Shown piece after piece: positions 53,026-62,613 of a stretch of 64,000 nt of DNA. The notes under the pieces are model-generated. The model had not been told where the DNA came from and ran no database searches. It was given only the letters and a program-made list of their open reading frames with translations. The translations under genes were made by a program, and so were the position numbers. The first letter of the stretch is position 1; each line of letters opens with the position of its first letter. Origin of the DNA: a virus; the IMG/VR virus record IMGVR_UViG_3300045971_000247, positions 2,313 to 66,312 of that record; one strand, given 5' to 3'.

Positions 53026-55508
53026 ACCCTGAAAAGTTTGACGTCGGGCGTTGCGATGCCGCTCTGCGGGAATAGCTCAGTCGTCCAGTCGACGAACTCG
53101 CCGTCCCTCATTTCGATGTGGTACGTGTGGTTCTTCAGGTTGTCGCCCAGCTGAGACATGTAATACCACTCAGTCGCGCCTACGCTCTGCGGGGCGTCGT
53201 TTTTGGTCGCGTTGCACTTCGTCGCTATCAACAACCACAGAGCGTCGTAGAAGTCGTAGAGTTTGAACGTGCGCGCATACAGCATGCCCGACGCGTGCTT
53301 GTAGGGCGCCGGGCCGTCCGGCAGCCTCGAAAACTCGATCCCCGAATCACTGACGCTGCTCGACGGACTGCCGATGTCTTCGCCGACGTAGGCCGTGCCT
53401 AAGCCCTGCGGCCGCAGCAGGTTCTTCATCTGAGAGATTGCCTCGGCCGGCACACCGAGTTCCGGCGGCGGGTAAATAACGATGTCCCACTGGCTCAGCG
53501 CGCTCGGGTAAACAAACGGGTTGGCTAGGCGAGTGGCGGGGCACTCGAACAGGGGGCGCGAGTCGAAGGCCGAAGTCAAGAGCTTCGACGTGGTGGTGCC
53601 CTTCCAGGTCGTCTCAAAGAATATCTCGACTTGGTGCCGCGGTGTGCCCCCAGCGACCAGCATACCGATGAAGTACCCCGGCGTCCCCACAGCGGCTTGC
53701 GACCAAGACGCTCCTGAACACGCGACGCGGATTTTCAAGTACGCGCAGAAGTCGCTCCGGTGGTCGTAGTCGATGATGTACCTGGACGTGAAGTCGTACT
53801 CCATGTTGCAGATGGACGGCACCAAGGACGAAGTGCTTGTATTGCCTTCGGCGAGTGCCGCAGCTACACCCCCCACGACCTGGGTGTGGATGCCGTACCC
53901 CGACATAAAAGCCGAGGCGTTGTTCGGAGTGACCGCCACGTACCTACCCACGTAGAACGGAGTGCGCCAGTCCGCGGGCAAGTCTGACCCCTGGGGGCGC
54001 GTCGGCTCAGACGCCGAAGAAAAAAGATAGCCGGGGTCTGGACCTCTCCCGGACGTCGATTTTGAAAGCGTAGACCGACCCCCGGTCAGCTTCAAGGACG
54101 ACGAACCGCTCAGAAGAAAGAACTGCTTGCCACCGATTTCGAGGTAACACGAGGCGACACCTGACCTCGTATCCTTGATTTCCATTTCCCCTGCGGTCGC
54201 GCTGTAAGTGCCCCACCAATAGGTTGAAGAATTCGGGTGTTGAATCCCGCAGCTAACTGTGCCCGCGCGGAACAGAGACTCCCGGCTGTACCTGTGGGCG
54301 GTCACGAAATTAACCCAGTCGACGCCGTTCGCAGTCGGGAGAGCGGCGATTCTGTCGGCTCTTACTGGGGGGCCAGGGTCGACCCTGACTGTCGTCACGA
54401 TGGTGTTGTTAGTGGGGTTAAGTCCTGGCTTCCAGGAAATGACGCTGAGGTTATAAATAAAAAAATTACCGACCATGAAAAACACCGTCGACCAGCCCCC
54501 AGACGTGGCGAGATACCCCAGAGAAATCGGTTGGTAGATGTTGTTAAAACCGATGACCAGGGACATCTTGCACGCGTCTTCGGCGCCCGTAGTTGGGCCT
54601 TTCCCGGAAGTGCCGGACACGATCGGCGCGACGAACGCCGGTGTCACGAAGGAGGTAATCGACTGGTCTTCGAACTGAACCCGCTGATCGTTGTCGTACT
54701 TCACCACTTCGGTGACGACGTTGTAGTACGTCGGCCCACCCGCGGTAAGCGTCGAACTCTGCCAAGCAGTGAGGATGGTGTAAGCGCCATCGCCGGAAGT
54801 GTTGGGCGACAGGTATTGAACGCTTCTCGCGTCCTGGCCGACCGCCACGGTGTTCGGTGAAGTCATCACGTACTTCGGCGTTGTAGCGTCGGAGCCGAAT
54901 ATCTGCCCGTCCCGCAGCGTCACCGTCGCGTATTCGCTGCTCGACCCAATGCGGATCATGGCGGGAAGTGCCGTGGTATTAGGAGGCACCTGTAGCTGCT
55001 TGTACGTCCACAGAAGACCCGTCCCGCCTTTCAGTACCAGTGGCGTGAACACGTAGTCGCCGCCCGCGTCGACCGAAGTCATCTGGTTGTGTGCGGTGAT
55101 CGCCCCTGACTGCAAGACGGTGAACGGTTTCAACGTCCAGGCGCCGTTCGTGGAAATTCCTTTCCCGTAAATGAACGGAGAAGCCAGATCCGACTGAACG
55201 AGGAACCCGTGGGGCAGGAACGAGAGAACCGACGTCGTCGGTGCGGGGGCTATGACGACTTTATGCTTTCCCCCGATTGCGGTGATCCAGATCATCGAGC
55301 CGTCGGCGAGCGCTTGCGTGTGGGTGTGGTAGCCAAAGGCCAGTGCTGAGTTTGCGACGCGGTCGCAGAAGCGCGAGTAGACGCGCTCAGCAGCGCTGAA
55401 CTGCGCCGGGGAGGGAGCGACGTTGCCGATGATGACGACCCCGGTCGGGGTCTTGCCGCCGTCCGCTGTGCCGTCCAGGCCGATCCAGCGGTGGTTGACG
55501 AAGCTCAT
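53022..55508 (-). CDS. Large beta-rich tail-associated protein
   Basis: 828 aa; coupled on both sides; central part has visibly weaker GC3 bias. Confidence 0.7.
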   Translation of the reverse strand: MSFVNHRWIGLDGTADGGKTPTGVVIIGNVAPSPAQFSAAERVYSRFCDRVANSALAFGYHTHTQALADGSMIWITAIGGKHKVVIAPAPTTSVLSFLPHGFLVQSDLASPFIYGKGISTNGAWTLKPFTVLQSGAITAHNQMTSVDAGGDYVFTPLVLKGGTGLLWTYKQLQVPPNTTALPAMIRIGSSSEYATVTLRDGQIFGSDATTPKYVMTSPNTVAVGQDARSVQYLSPNTSGDGAYTILTAWQSSTLTAGGPTYYNVVTEVVKYDNDQRVQFEDQSITSFVTPAFVAPIVSGTSGKGPTTGAEDACKMSLVIGFNNIYQPISLGYLATSGGWSTVFFMVGNFFIYNLSVISWKPGLNPTNNTIVTTVRVDPGPPVRADRIAALPTANGVDWVNFVTAHRYSRESLFRAGTVSCGIQHPNSSTYWWGTYSATAGEMEIKDTRSGVASCYLEIGGKQFFLLSGSSSLKLTGGRSTLSKSTSGRGPDPGYLFSSASEPTRPQGSDLPADWRTPFYVGRYVAVTPNNASAFMSGYGIHTQVVGGVAAALAEGNTSTSSLVPSICNMEYDFTSRYIIDYDHRSDFCAYLKIRVACSGASWSQAAVGTPGYFIGMLVAGGTPRHQVEIFFETTWKGTTTSKLLTSAFDSRPLFECPATRLANPFVYPSALSQWDIVIYPPPELGVPAEAISQMKNLLRPQGLGTAYVGEDIGSPSSSVSDSGIEFSRLPDGPAPYKHASGMLYARTFKLYDFYDALWLLIATKCNATKNDAPQSVGATEWYYMSQLGDNLKNHTYHIEMRDGEFVDWTTELFPQSGIATPDVKLFRV

Positions 55509-56671
55509 TGCGGCAGCGCGATGTACTGCGGCGTGCGGCCGCTCATGCGGAACGTCGCGGCCACTTCGGTCACCGCGGTCTTGTAGCGGCCTTCGGTCAG
55601 CCGCTCGATTCCGCCGTCACTGAAGCCCGCCACCACCACGCCGTCGGCGATGCACACCATCGCGCCGCCAAGGCCTGCGCCCTCGCCCTGCTTGATGAGT
55701 TCGCCGCGGACCGCGACGCCGCTGCCCAGCACGGTCGCGCCATCGACCTTGCGCACGTAGGTGAGTTTGTCGAACTCGTTGCCCGCCAGGAAGCAGAGTT
55801 CCTTCGTTGTGCCCACGAACACGCCACCGTCGACGGGCTGGATCAGGGTGATGGGCGCCGAGAATTGCTTGAAGTCGCGGCGCATGTCGCAGAGTTCCCA
55901 CTGCGGTGGCTTCGACGCATACATCACGGAGCCGACAGCGACCAGCGCACGGCCACGCCAGAATGCACTCACTGTGCCGACCGGCATCGGGTTCAGGAAC
56001 TCGGTGCGGCAAGGCAGCACGAGTTGCGAGACCGCGCCGGTGAATGCGAACAGCCCGTTCGTCGTCGAGCCGGCGAGATAGGCTGTGCCCCCGTTCGTGC
56101 CGGTCAGGTACACGTTGATTTTGTAGCCGGCCAGGACCGGCAGGCCTGTGAGCATCACCCCGCCCGCTGCAATTGGGAGCGGGTTCGAGTAGAGCGGCGA
56201 GCCCTCGACATTGTCTGCCAGCCGCACGTAGGTCAGCTGGTACTGGTAATCGCCCGAGAACAGCGAGCCCGCAACGTCGGTGAGAGCGCCCAGGCTCGTC
56301 GGAATCGGCACGCCCCAGCCTGTGATGGTGGTGCCGTCGGTGATGCCGGCAATCAAGCCGTTGCTGAAGGCGACGCGCCCGTCAGGCAGGTTGAGGTACC
56401 AGACCCGGGACACGCCGAGCGACGGGTAGAGCACCGTCTGTGTACCGCCGTCGGTACGCACGAGGTCGCTGTTGCACGTGGCCAGCATGAAGCCGTCGGC
56501 CTGCCAGAGGTTCTTGTGGCACAGGGCCGAGCGCTGGGTGTAGCCGACGCGGCGGCGAATTTCGCCCGACAGCCCGATGTCCACGTCGGTCGCAGTGGTG
56601 AGGTCGCTCTGCTTGAGCCGGTGAGCGGGCAGGACGTTGTTGATGCCGGCGAACTTCTCGAACTTCAGCAT
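55505..56671 (-). CDS. Virion structural/tail protein
   Basis: FAGINNV..., DVDI...GEIRRR.G N-terminus; operon position. Confidence 0.8.
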   Translation of the reverse strand: MLKFEKFAGINNVLPAHRLKQSDLTTATDVDIGLSGEIRRRVGYTQRSALCHKNLWQADGFMLATCNSDLVRTDGGTQTVLYPSLGVSRVWYLNLPDGRVAFSNGLIAGITDGTTITGWGVPIPTSLGALTDVAGSLFSGDYQYQLTYVRLADNVEGSPLYSNPLPIAAGGVMLTGLPVLAGYKINVYLTGTNGGTAYLAGSTTNGLFAFTGAVSQLVLPCRTEFLNPMPVGTVSAFWRGRALVAVGSVMYASKPPQWELCDMRRDFKQFSAPITLIQPVDGGVFVGTTKELCFLAGNEFDKLTYVRKVDGATVLGSGVAVRGELIKQGEGAGLGGAMVCIADGVVVAGFSDGGIERLTEGRYKTAVTEVAATFRMSGRTPQYIALPQ

Positions 56672-57762
56672 AGCGGAGCCCTGACGAGAGTGCCCGTGCC
56701 GAAGAGCGCAGTCGGCGGCACGGAGGTGGCGCGGTGCCCGATGGCGCTGCTGGCAGTGCCGAAGGCGCCGCTGGCGAACCCGGTGGCCGGGTAGTTGAAG
56801 CGGTTGGAGGCCGACGGCCGACCGAAGCGGCGGCCCGGGGGAATGGCTGAGGCCTTGTACCCTTTGATGTGGGCGATCGGCCGACCGAAGTGAGTGGAGG
56901 CGACAGCCGTCTGGCTGTACGGCCCAAGGGCGACAGGCAGGCCGAACGTGGTCGAGGGGCTCGACGCCTGGACGATGCACGGGGAGAACAGGGTGCCGAA
57001 CACCGTGCTGGTGAAGCCGGTGGCGATGCAGGGGACGGACACCGTCGGCGTACCGAACACAGTCGACGGACCGGTGAAGAATGAGATTGGGTCGCTGAAG
57101 AACGTCGAGCTAATTCCGGTCGCGTCCGCGGTGAGGGTGGACGGCGAATTCGCGGTGCCGAGTGCTGTACCAGAAAACCCCTCGGCTATGGCAAGGCCGT
57201 CCCGAAGAACCACGGGCTGAACGACGCTGTACGGCGAGCCGACCGAAGTCGAAGCGATGCCGGTCCCGGAGCAAAACTGTGCGTAGAGGGCGTTCGGTGC
57301 CGAGACCGCGGTGCTGCTGAAGCCGCTCGGAGAGACCAGCTGCCCGAAGGAAGGGGTGCCGAAGACCGTGCCGGTGAAGCCGGCCCCTACGGTCGTCGTC
57401 GGTACCGGAGTGCTCGGCGTGCCGAAGACGGTGGAGTAGATCCCCTTGGCGTACAGCGGCACGACGGCGAGCCCGATCGCGCTCGACGTGAACCCGCTGG
57501 CGACGGCGACACGCGGGGTGGCTGTCGCTGCGCCACCGACGTCGCCGAAGGCGTTCGCCCCGATGACCTCGCCTCGGAAAACGAGTACGGGAGCCGTTGT
57601 GTTTGGCGTGCCGAGGACGGTCGAGTAGATTGACGCGCTGCCCGAAACGGGGGTGCCGGCCGCTCCCGACACGAACCCGCTGGCAGCGAAAGATGCAAAC
57701 TTCAGCGCGCCGTCAGCGTCTCCGAAGGCCCCCGCACCGAGTGCGGAGTTGAGTCCGCTCAT
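56665..57762 (-). CDS. Tail-associated protein with G(F/I)xSTxFGTP repeats
   Basis: Many imperfect STVFGTP repeats. Confidence 0.75.
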   Translation of the reverse strand: MSGLNSALGAGAFGDADGALKFASFAASGFVSGAAGTPVSGSASIYSTVLGTPNTTAPVLVFRGEVIGANAFGDVGGAATATPRVAVASGFTSSAIGLAVVPLYAKGIYSTVFGTPSTPVPTTTVGAGFTGTVFGTPSFGQLVSPSGFSSTAVSAPNALYAQFCSGTGIASTSVGSPYSVVQPVVLRDGLAIAEGFSGTALGTANSPSTLTADATGISSTFFSDPISFFTGPSTVFGTPTVSVPCIATGFTSTVFGTLFSPCIVQASSPSTTFGLPVALGPYSQTAVASTHFGRPIAHIKGYKASAIPPGRRFGRPSASNRFNYPATGFASGAFGTASSAIGHRATSVPPTALFGTGTLVRAPLC

Positions 57763-58535
57763 AGCGGGCCGTAGACAGCGAAGTTACAACGACCCCCTGA
57801 GTTGTTCAGCGTCGCCGACAGTAGCGAGTTATCGAGAAACATAACAGGCTGGATGAAGTCTGTAGTCCCGTTGCAGTAAAGGACAGCTACGGAGTTGCCT
57901 GCGTAGCGGTCGATGCCGTAGGTAGAGACTGGGCTCATGCAGCTGTGGTTGTAATACAGCACACTGGGGGTGCCTGCATGGTAGGGCGAGCCGCCCTGAC
58001 TCATGCCGACCCCCAGAGGGAGGGCGGCTGTATTGCATTCTATGTTGAGCACTGCTCGGTAATAGCCGAGGGTTTTCGGGACGACGCGAAAATTGGCGTA
58101 GTCCCAAATCGCTGCTAAATCCGTAACTATGGAATCGAACGGGATCACGGGATGTATGTAGGTCAGGTTGGTGCTGCTCAAAGTGCAGGGGAGCGTCAGT
58201 TGGGCGTACACGAGAGTTTCCTGCGCGTCGGCGGCGGTCCCGACGTTGTAGACGTTCAGCACCTTCGTAAAAGCGACCAGCGTACCTCCGTTGCTCGACG
58301 CGAACACCTTGGCCCGTGTCAGCGTCATGCCCGTCACGGTCCAGATCCCTTCCCCCACCTCCCACTCTAAAAAATCAGCTGAGATGGCGCAATAGCGAAC
58401 TGTCGAGCCTGTAGGGAACGCCGCGGCGATAAACGGGCGGAACCCGGTAACGGCCAACCCAGTGAGTGTTAGCGTTCCCGTCCCCGGCACTGTCGCTACG
58501 GTGTCGCCGACACGGTCTCTGAATACGAGGGCCAT
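57759..58535 (-). CDS. Tail fibre/appendage protein 1 (shared N-terminal DRV...WEVG domain)
   Basis: N-terminus homologous to 60409-61956; AAGGAG RBS. Confidence 0.7.
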   Translation of the reverse strand: MALVFRDRVGDTVATVPGTGTLTLTGLAVTGFRPFIAAAFPTGSTVRYCAISADFLEWEVGEGIWTVTGMTLTRAKVFASSNGGTLVAFTKVLNVYNVGTAADAQETLVYAQLTLPCTLSSTNLTYIHPVIPFDSIVTDLAAIWDYANFRVVPKTLGYYRAVLNIECNTAALPLGVGMSQGGSPYHAGTPSVLYYNHSCMSPVSTYGIDRYAGNSVAVLYCNGTTDFIQPVMFLDNSLLSATLNNSGGRCNFAVYGPL

Positions 58536-58544
58536 ACCGGCTCC

Positions 58545-58973
58545 TTACAGGCTGAAAATCTTGTAGGCGCCGTTGTCCCACTGCACCGTGATGTCGCCGC
58601 CGTTCGTCGTCAGCGGGAACCCGGTGATCGTGTCCAGGCACGCGATCAGCGGCGAGGTGCCAGCGACGCCGGAGTCCTTCCAGAGGACAACGTACTTGGC
58701 CGACTGCCCAGTCGTGACAGCAGGGAACAGGATGTCGAGCGCATCGAACACGCCCAGAGTGATCGTCTTGGTGATTAGCGTCTGCGTGTTCATCGTCGCG
58801 CTGGTCGTGCCCGTCAGGAACGACGCGATCGCCGAGTAGAACTCGTCGGTCGCAAGGTTCGGGGTGTACGCCGAAGTGACGAGGCACGCCTTGATCGTGT
58901 CCGTGTCCAGGCTGATCGGGTTGACGCTGCTCAGCAGCTTCTGTTTGCCGAGACCGTAGAGAGCGTTGGCCAT
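58545..58973 (-). CDS. Conserved virion structural protein
   Basis: MANALY..GK, DTIKACLV, TNGGDITVQW...KIFSL. Confidence 0.85.
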   Translation of the reverse strand: MANALYGLGKQKLLSSVNPISLDTDTIKACLVTSAYTPNLATDEFYSAIASFLTGTTSATMNTQTLITKTITLGVFDALDILFPAVTTGQSAKYVVLWKDSGVAGTSPLIACLDTITGFPLTTNGGDITVQWDNGAYKIFSL

Positions 58974-59102
58974 GATGGTGTCCTTCTAAAGTAGATCTAT
59001 TGTAGAGGTGCGACAACGGTCCTGACCAAGGAATCAGTCCGTTGCCGCTGTAGGGGGTTGGATACGGGCGATGCTCCCGACAGCGGCGACACCCCCTACT
59101 GG

Positions 59103-59381
59103 TCAGTGCCGCGTGTTCGTGTGTTTTTCGATGATCCGGTCGAGCTTCTCGTCGATACGTTCCAGCTGGCGTTGGAGCAGCGTCATCGACTCGACGGTCG
59201 TCTTGTCCTGGCGTTCATCGCGCTCATGCTGGTCGGTTTTCCCAACCTCAAGCGCGTAGATCCGCGAGTCGAGTTTGCTGACGTACCAGACCCCCATCGC
59301 GGACTGCACAAGGATTGCTACGATGATCCCGATCGGTACCTTCTTGTCGAGATGCCATCGTTCTTCAGGTCTGGTCACCAT
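59103..59381 (-). CDS. Single-TM coiled-coil protein (holin-like)
   Basis: WHLDKKVPI, TM segment, LERIDEKLDR. Confidence 0.7.
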   Translation of the reverse strand: MVTRPEERWHLDKKVPIGIIVAILVQSAMGVWYVSKLDSRIYALEVGKTDQHERDERQDKTTVESMTLLQRQLERIDEKLDRIIEKHTNTRH

Positions 59382-59382
59382 C

Positions 59383-59688
59383 TCAGCGCTCCTTCAGTTT
59401 GAAATAGATCGTGCGGTCGTCGGTACGGCCACCGACCGTGACGATCCGCGCTGTGCACGAACCGGTCGTGCCCGCCGCGCCGCCAGTGACCCAGACGGCG
59501 ACCTTCGTGCCGGCGACGATGCCGCTGCCGAGCACGGACACGCCGACCGTGGCAGGGAACGTCACCGAGGCGATCGTGTCGCTGACGACGGCGAGCCAGT
59601 CAGTGAAGTCGAACGTGTAGTCGAGGGTTGCACCCGGGTCTTTGGTGATCGTCGGTTTGCCGGCGACGGTGACGAAGGTTTCGGCCAT
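59383..59688 (-). CDS. Fibre-tail adaptor-like protein
   Basis: KDPGATLDYTFDFTDWL, VWVTGG, GRTDDRT. Confidence 0.8.
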   Translation of the reverse strand: MAETFVTVAGKPTITKDPGATLDYTFDFTDWLAVVSDTIASVTFPATVGVSVLGSGIVAGTKVAVWVTGGAAGTTGSCTARIVTVGGRTDDRTIYFKLKER

Positions 59689-59711
59689 GGTGGTTCCTAT
59701 GCAGTGGTCGA

Positions 59712-60092
59712 TCAGTTTTCGGCGGGTACCAAGAGGTTGCGCACCTCAGCGGCGACTAGGTAGTCGCGCAATTCAGAATCCAGGAGGTAGGCGCGCAATT
59801 CGGGGATCACGCTGTACACGCGATCTGTCTGGTTTGCGCTGCCTGTGCCAAGATAGCCGTAGACATTCGCGCTCAGAGTGGCTGCGGCCCGGAGTTGGGC
59901 CTGGCTCAGGGCCAGCGTTGCCGTAAGCGCCGCGCGCGCAGAAGAACCTGCTGCCAGCGCGGCGCTGATCCCCGTCAAAAGCGCGTTGAGTGCGGCGCTC
60001 GCGGACGGTGTTGCCGCAAGCGCCGCTTGTGAAGTGGTCGCCCCTGAGCCCGCCGAAATCGGCGTTGCAGAGATAGGGGCGAAGCCCAGCAC
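59712..60092 (-). CDS. Ala-rich tail-associated protein, paralog of 61966-62613
   Basis: LGFAPISATPIS start; GYLGTGSANQTDRVY. Confidence 0.65.
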   Translation of the reverse strand: MLGFAPISATPISAGSGATTSQAALAATPSASAALNALLTGISAALAAGSSARAALTATLALSQAQLRAAATLSANVYGYLGTGSANQTDRVYSVIPELRAYLLDSELRDYLVAAEVRNLLVPAEN

Positions 60093-60095
60093 GGA

Positions 60096-60398
60096 TTACC
60101 CCTGGTCAAACTGCTTGATGATCGCAAGCACGCTGGCGCTATTCGTGCCGGCCAGCAGCGTGACGACGGCGTTGTACATGATTGCGCCCTGTCCGGCAGC
60201 CAGTGGAACAGCGTTGGCACCTGACCCGATGATCTCGGTGGAGGTTTCGAGCGCCGTCAGGACGGTTCCGCCCGTCGTGATCTCGTCCATGATGTTCTTG
60301 GTCCGCGTCAGTTGATCCCGCAGGCTGATGACCTGTTGAATCTCGGAGATAAACTGCCGGGATACCAGCTGAGCTACATTGAGTGCGATGCGTGCCAT
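60096..60398 (-). CDS. Hypothetical protein
   Basis: AAGGA RBS. Confidence 0.7.
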   Translation of the reverse strand: MARIALNVAQLVSRQFISEIQQVISLRDQLTRTKNIMDEITTGGTVLTALETSTEIIGSGANAVPLAAGQGAIMYNAVVTLLAGTNSASVLAIIKQFDQG

Positions 60399-60408
60399 GT
60401 TTGATCCT

Positions 60409-61956
60409 TTAAGTTGCGTTGAGCCCGACGCCCATCGTCGTGGACGAGTCGTTGATGAGGGAAACGATTAGCTGCTTGAGAATCAGGTTATCTGCAGCAA
60501 GCTGATTAACCTTGGTTGCGATAGCATCAGCTTGCGCCTGAGTAGTAAACCCGTAAGGCGCAATGTTTGTCGCTGCCGTAGTGACAAGATTTGTAAATGC
60601 GGCATTTGGAACTGTGCGCGACGCCGTGCTGTAGGTCTTGGTGTAGGCGGAAAGCTGCTTTATGGGTGCCGCACCAAAGAAACTGAGTGCTGGTAATCCG
60701 CTGACCGAGCTTACGACAACGACATCGTTACCGGCAGCGTCTTGCAAACGTATTGCACCGTCGGCTACTGAACCAGCGCCGAATGCAAGAACAAGTTCTC
60801 CGCCAGTGCCTGATGAAGAGCCGCCCGAAGAAAAATAGAAACCGCCCCCGGTAGCGCCAGCACCAGTTCCAGAATCTCCGGCTTGAAAACTTACAGAGCC
60901 ACCACTGGCGCCTACCCCTGATGCGGAACCTGCGTTAAAATTTAAGTCTCCGCCAGCCGTAGCTCCGTTACCCGCAATAAAAAGCGCGGAAGAACCAACA
61001 CCAGAGTAAGATTGACCTAGCAGCACAGTAAAAGCACCACCTACACCCAATGCGCCGCCATCGCCTGTTCTGAAAAGTAATCCGCCGCCAGCGCCTGTTC
61101 CCAATCCATTCCCCACGGAAAATATTATTGATCCTGCTGGTGTGTTTGCCTTCGCTGCGGTCGGAGTGCTTAGGGTTAGTAGGCCGCCAGTCTCTAAAGC
61201 AGTCGGCACCTTCGGCTGAATCGTCATCGCTAGCGCAGAGCCGGTGATATTTCCCACGCTCAGCGTATTCGTGCCGCTGGCGTAGCTGAAGAGGGATGAG
61301 GCTGCGTAGACCCCCGCCCCGCCGTTGTACGGGATCTCGGTGGTGGAGCCGACCGGCGCGACGCTGCTGATGTAGCCTGCCGGGTTGGCTGATGAGTACG
61401 GGGTAAAGCCAAGCGCAGTGGTGACCTGGCCGCTGGTGATGCCTGTCAGGTAGCCGGCCGGGTTTGCGGCGCTGTAGGGCGTGAATGCCAGCGCGCTCGT
61501 CACGTCCGCAGAGGTCAGCGTGACCGCTCCGCTGCGGGTGTTGAATGTTGTGACGCCGCCCGTCGCAGCCCATGCCCCATCGGCCCGCAGGAAGTTGGCC
61601 GTGCCTCCACCAGACGCCGGCACAGTGCCCTGCTGAGTCGCCGTGAACGGCTGGAGCATTGCAGCCGGCACTGTGCAGAAAACGTCCTTCGTGCCGGCTG
61701 TAAACGCCACGAATCCACCTGCGTTGCTGCTGGCCAGGACTGCCGAGCGAGTCAGGCCAGTCGTGCCGTTGAACGTCCCGATGCCGACCTCCCAATTCGG
61801 GCCGGATTGATCTGCAATGCAATAGCTTACGGCGACGGGTGCAGAGCCGAACGCACTGGCGAACGTCTGGAATCTAGTCGGCGCGGTGCCGCTGAGCACA
61901 ATCGGGCCGATGCCCGTGCTGTCCGTGCTGTCTTTGACGCGGTCGGCGAAGTTCAT
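60409..61956 (-). CDS. Tail fibre/appendage protein 2 with Gly-rich C-terminal repeats
   Basis: ADRVKD...WEVGIG N-domain; FLRADGAWA; VTTFNTRSGAVTL; TALGFTPY repeats; GG-x-L repeats. Confidence 0.8.
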   Translation of the reverse strand: MNFADRVKDSTDSTGIGPIVLSGTAPTRFQTFASAFGSAPVAVSYCIADQSGPNWEVGIGTFNGTTGLTRSAVLASSNAGGFVAFTAGTKDVFCTVPAAMLQPFTATQQGTVPASGGGTANFLRADGAWAATGGVTTFNTRSGAVTLTSADVTSALAFTPYSAANPAGYLTGITSGQVTTALGFTPYSSANPAGYISSVAPVGSTTEIPYNGGAGVYAASSLFSYASGTNTLSVGNITGSALAMTIQPKVPTALETGGLLTLSTPTAAKANTPAGSIIFSVGNGLGTGAGGGLLFRTGDGGALGVGGAFTVLLGQSYSGVGSSALFIAGNGATAGGDLNFNAGSASGVGASGGSVSFQAGDSGTGAGATGGGFYFSSGGSSSGTGGELVLAFGAGSVADGAIRLQDAAGNDVVVVSSVSGLPALSFFGAAPIKQLSAYTKTYSTASRTVPNAAFTNLVTTAATNIAPYGFTTQAQADAIATKVNQLAADNLILKQLIVSLINDSSTTMGVGLNAT

Positions 61957-61965
61957 GGTGTCCCT

Positions 61966-62613
61966 TTAAACGGTGAACGTCCGGTCTTCAACAGCTGGCG
62001 CAATTACGCGTAGTTCCGCAGCGACGCCGTAGATGCGGTCCGTCTGCGTCGCGCTGCCCGTGCCGAGATAACCGCCAAACGATGCTGCCCCCGCTGCAGC
62101 TGCCCTACACCGAATTTTGGTCAGGAGATTTGCCGTAGCCGCAGCCGCAGCAATACCGCTAGCTCTGAAATCACCGCCCGTCGTCAGTCCGGCCGAGACC
62201 TGGGCGCGAGCGATTGCTGCCGCGGCCAGCAAAGCCGAAGCTCCACCCATCGCTGCAGTGATCGTGGCCTGGCACAGAGCAACCGCGCTTAGGCGGGCCG
62301 CCACCGTCAACGACGCAGATGCTGTGCACTGAGCCGCAGGGGTCGATGCGAGCCTGATAGTCGCGGAGAGGCTCGCCGTGGCGCTGGACGAAGCCGCCGG
62401 GGTCGATGCGAGCCTGATAGTCGCGGAGAGGCTCGCCGTGGCGCTGGACGAAGCCGCCGGGGTCGATGCGAGCCTGATAGTCGCGGAGAGGCTCGCCGTG
62501 GCGCTGGACGAAGCCGCAGGCGCGGCCGCAGTGCTGCTGACCCCCGACGACGAACGTGGGGATAGTAGGGGTAGGTTGCCTGCAGAGCGCTGGCTGCTGA
62601 GTACGAGAGCCAT
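61966..62613 (-). CDS. Ala/Ser-rich tail-associated protein with 20-aa tandem repeats
   Basis: PAASSSATASLSATIRLAST x3; GYLGTGSATQTDRIY. Confidence 0.7.
   Translation of the reverse strand: MALVLSSQRSAGNLPLLSPRSSSGVSSTAAAPAASSSATASLSATIRLASTPAASSSATASLSATIRLASTPAASSSATASLSATIRLASTPAAQCTASASLTVAARLSAVALCQATITAAMGGASALLAAAAIARAQVSAGLTTGGDFRASGIAAAAATANLLTKIRCRAAAAGAASFGGYLGTGSATQTDRIYGVAAELRVIAPAVEDRTFTV
62341..62520. repeat. 60-bp tandem repeat x3
   Basis: Blocks starting at 62341, 62401 and 62461 are identical except for one base. Confidence 0.95.

Noticed and set aside
62341-62520. CRISPR array
   Set aside because: Head-to-tail repeats without spacers, in frame within a CDS
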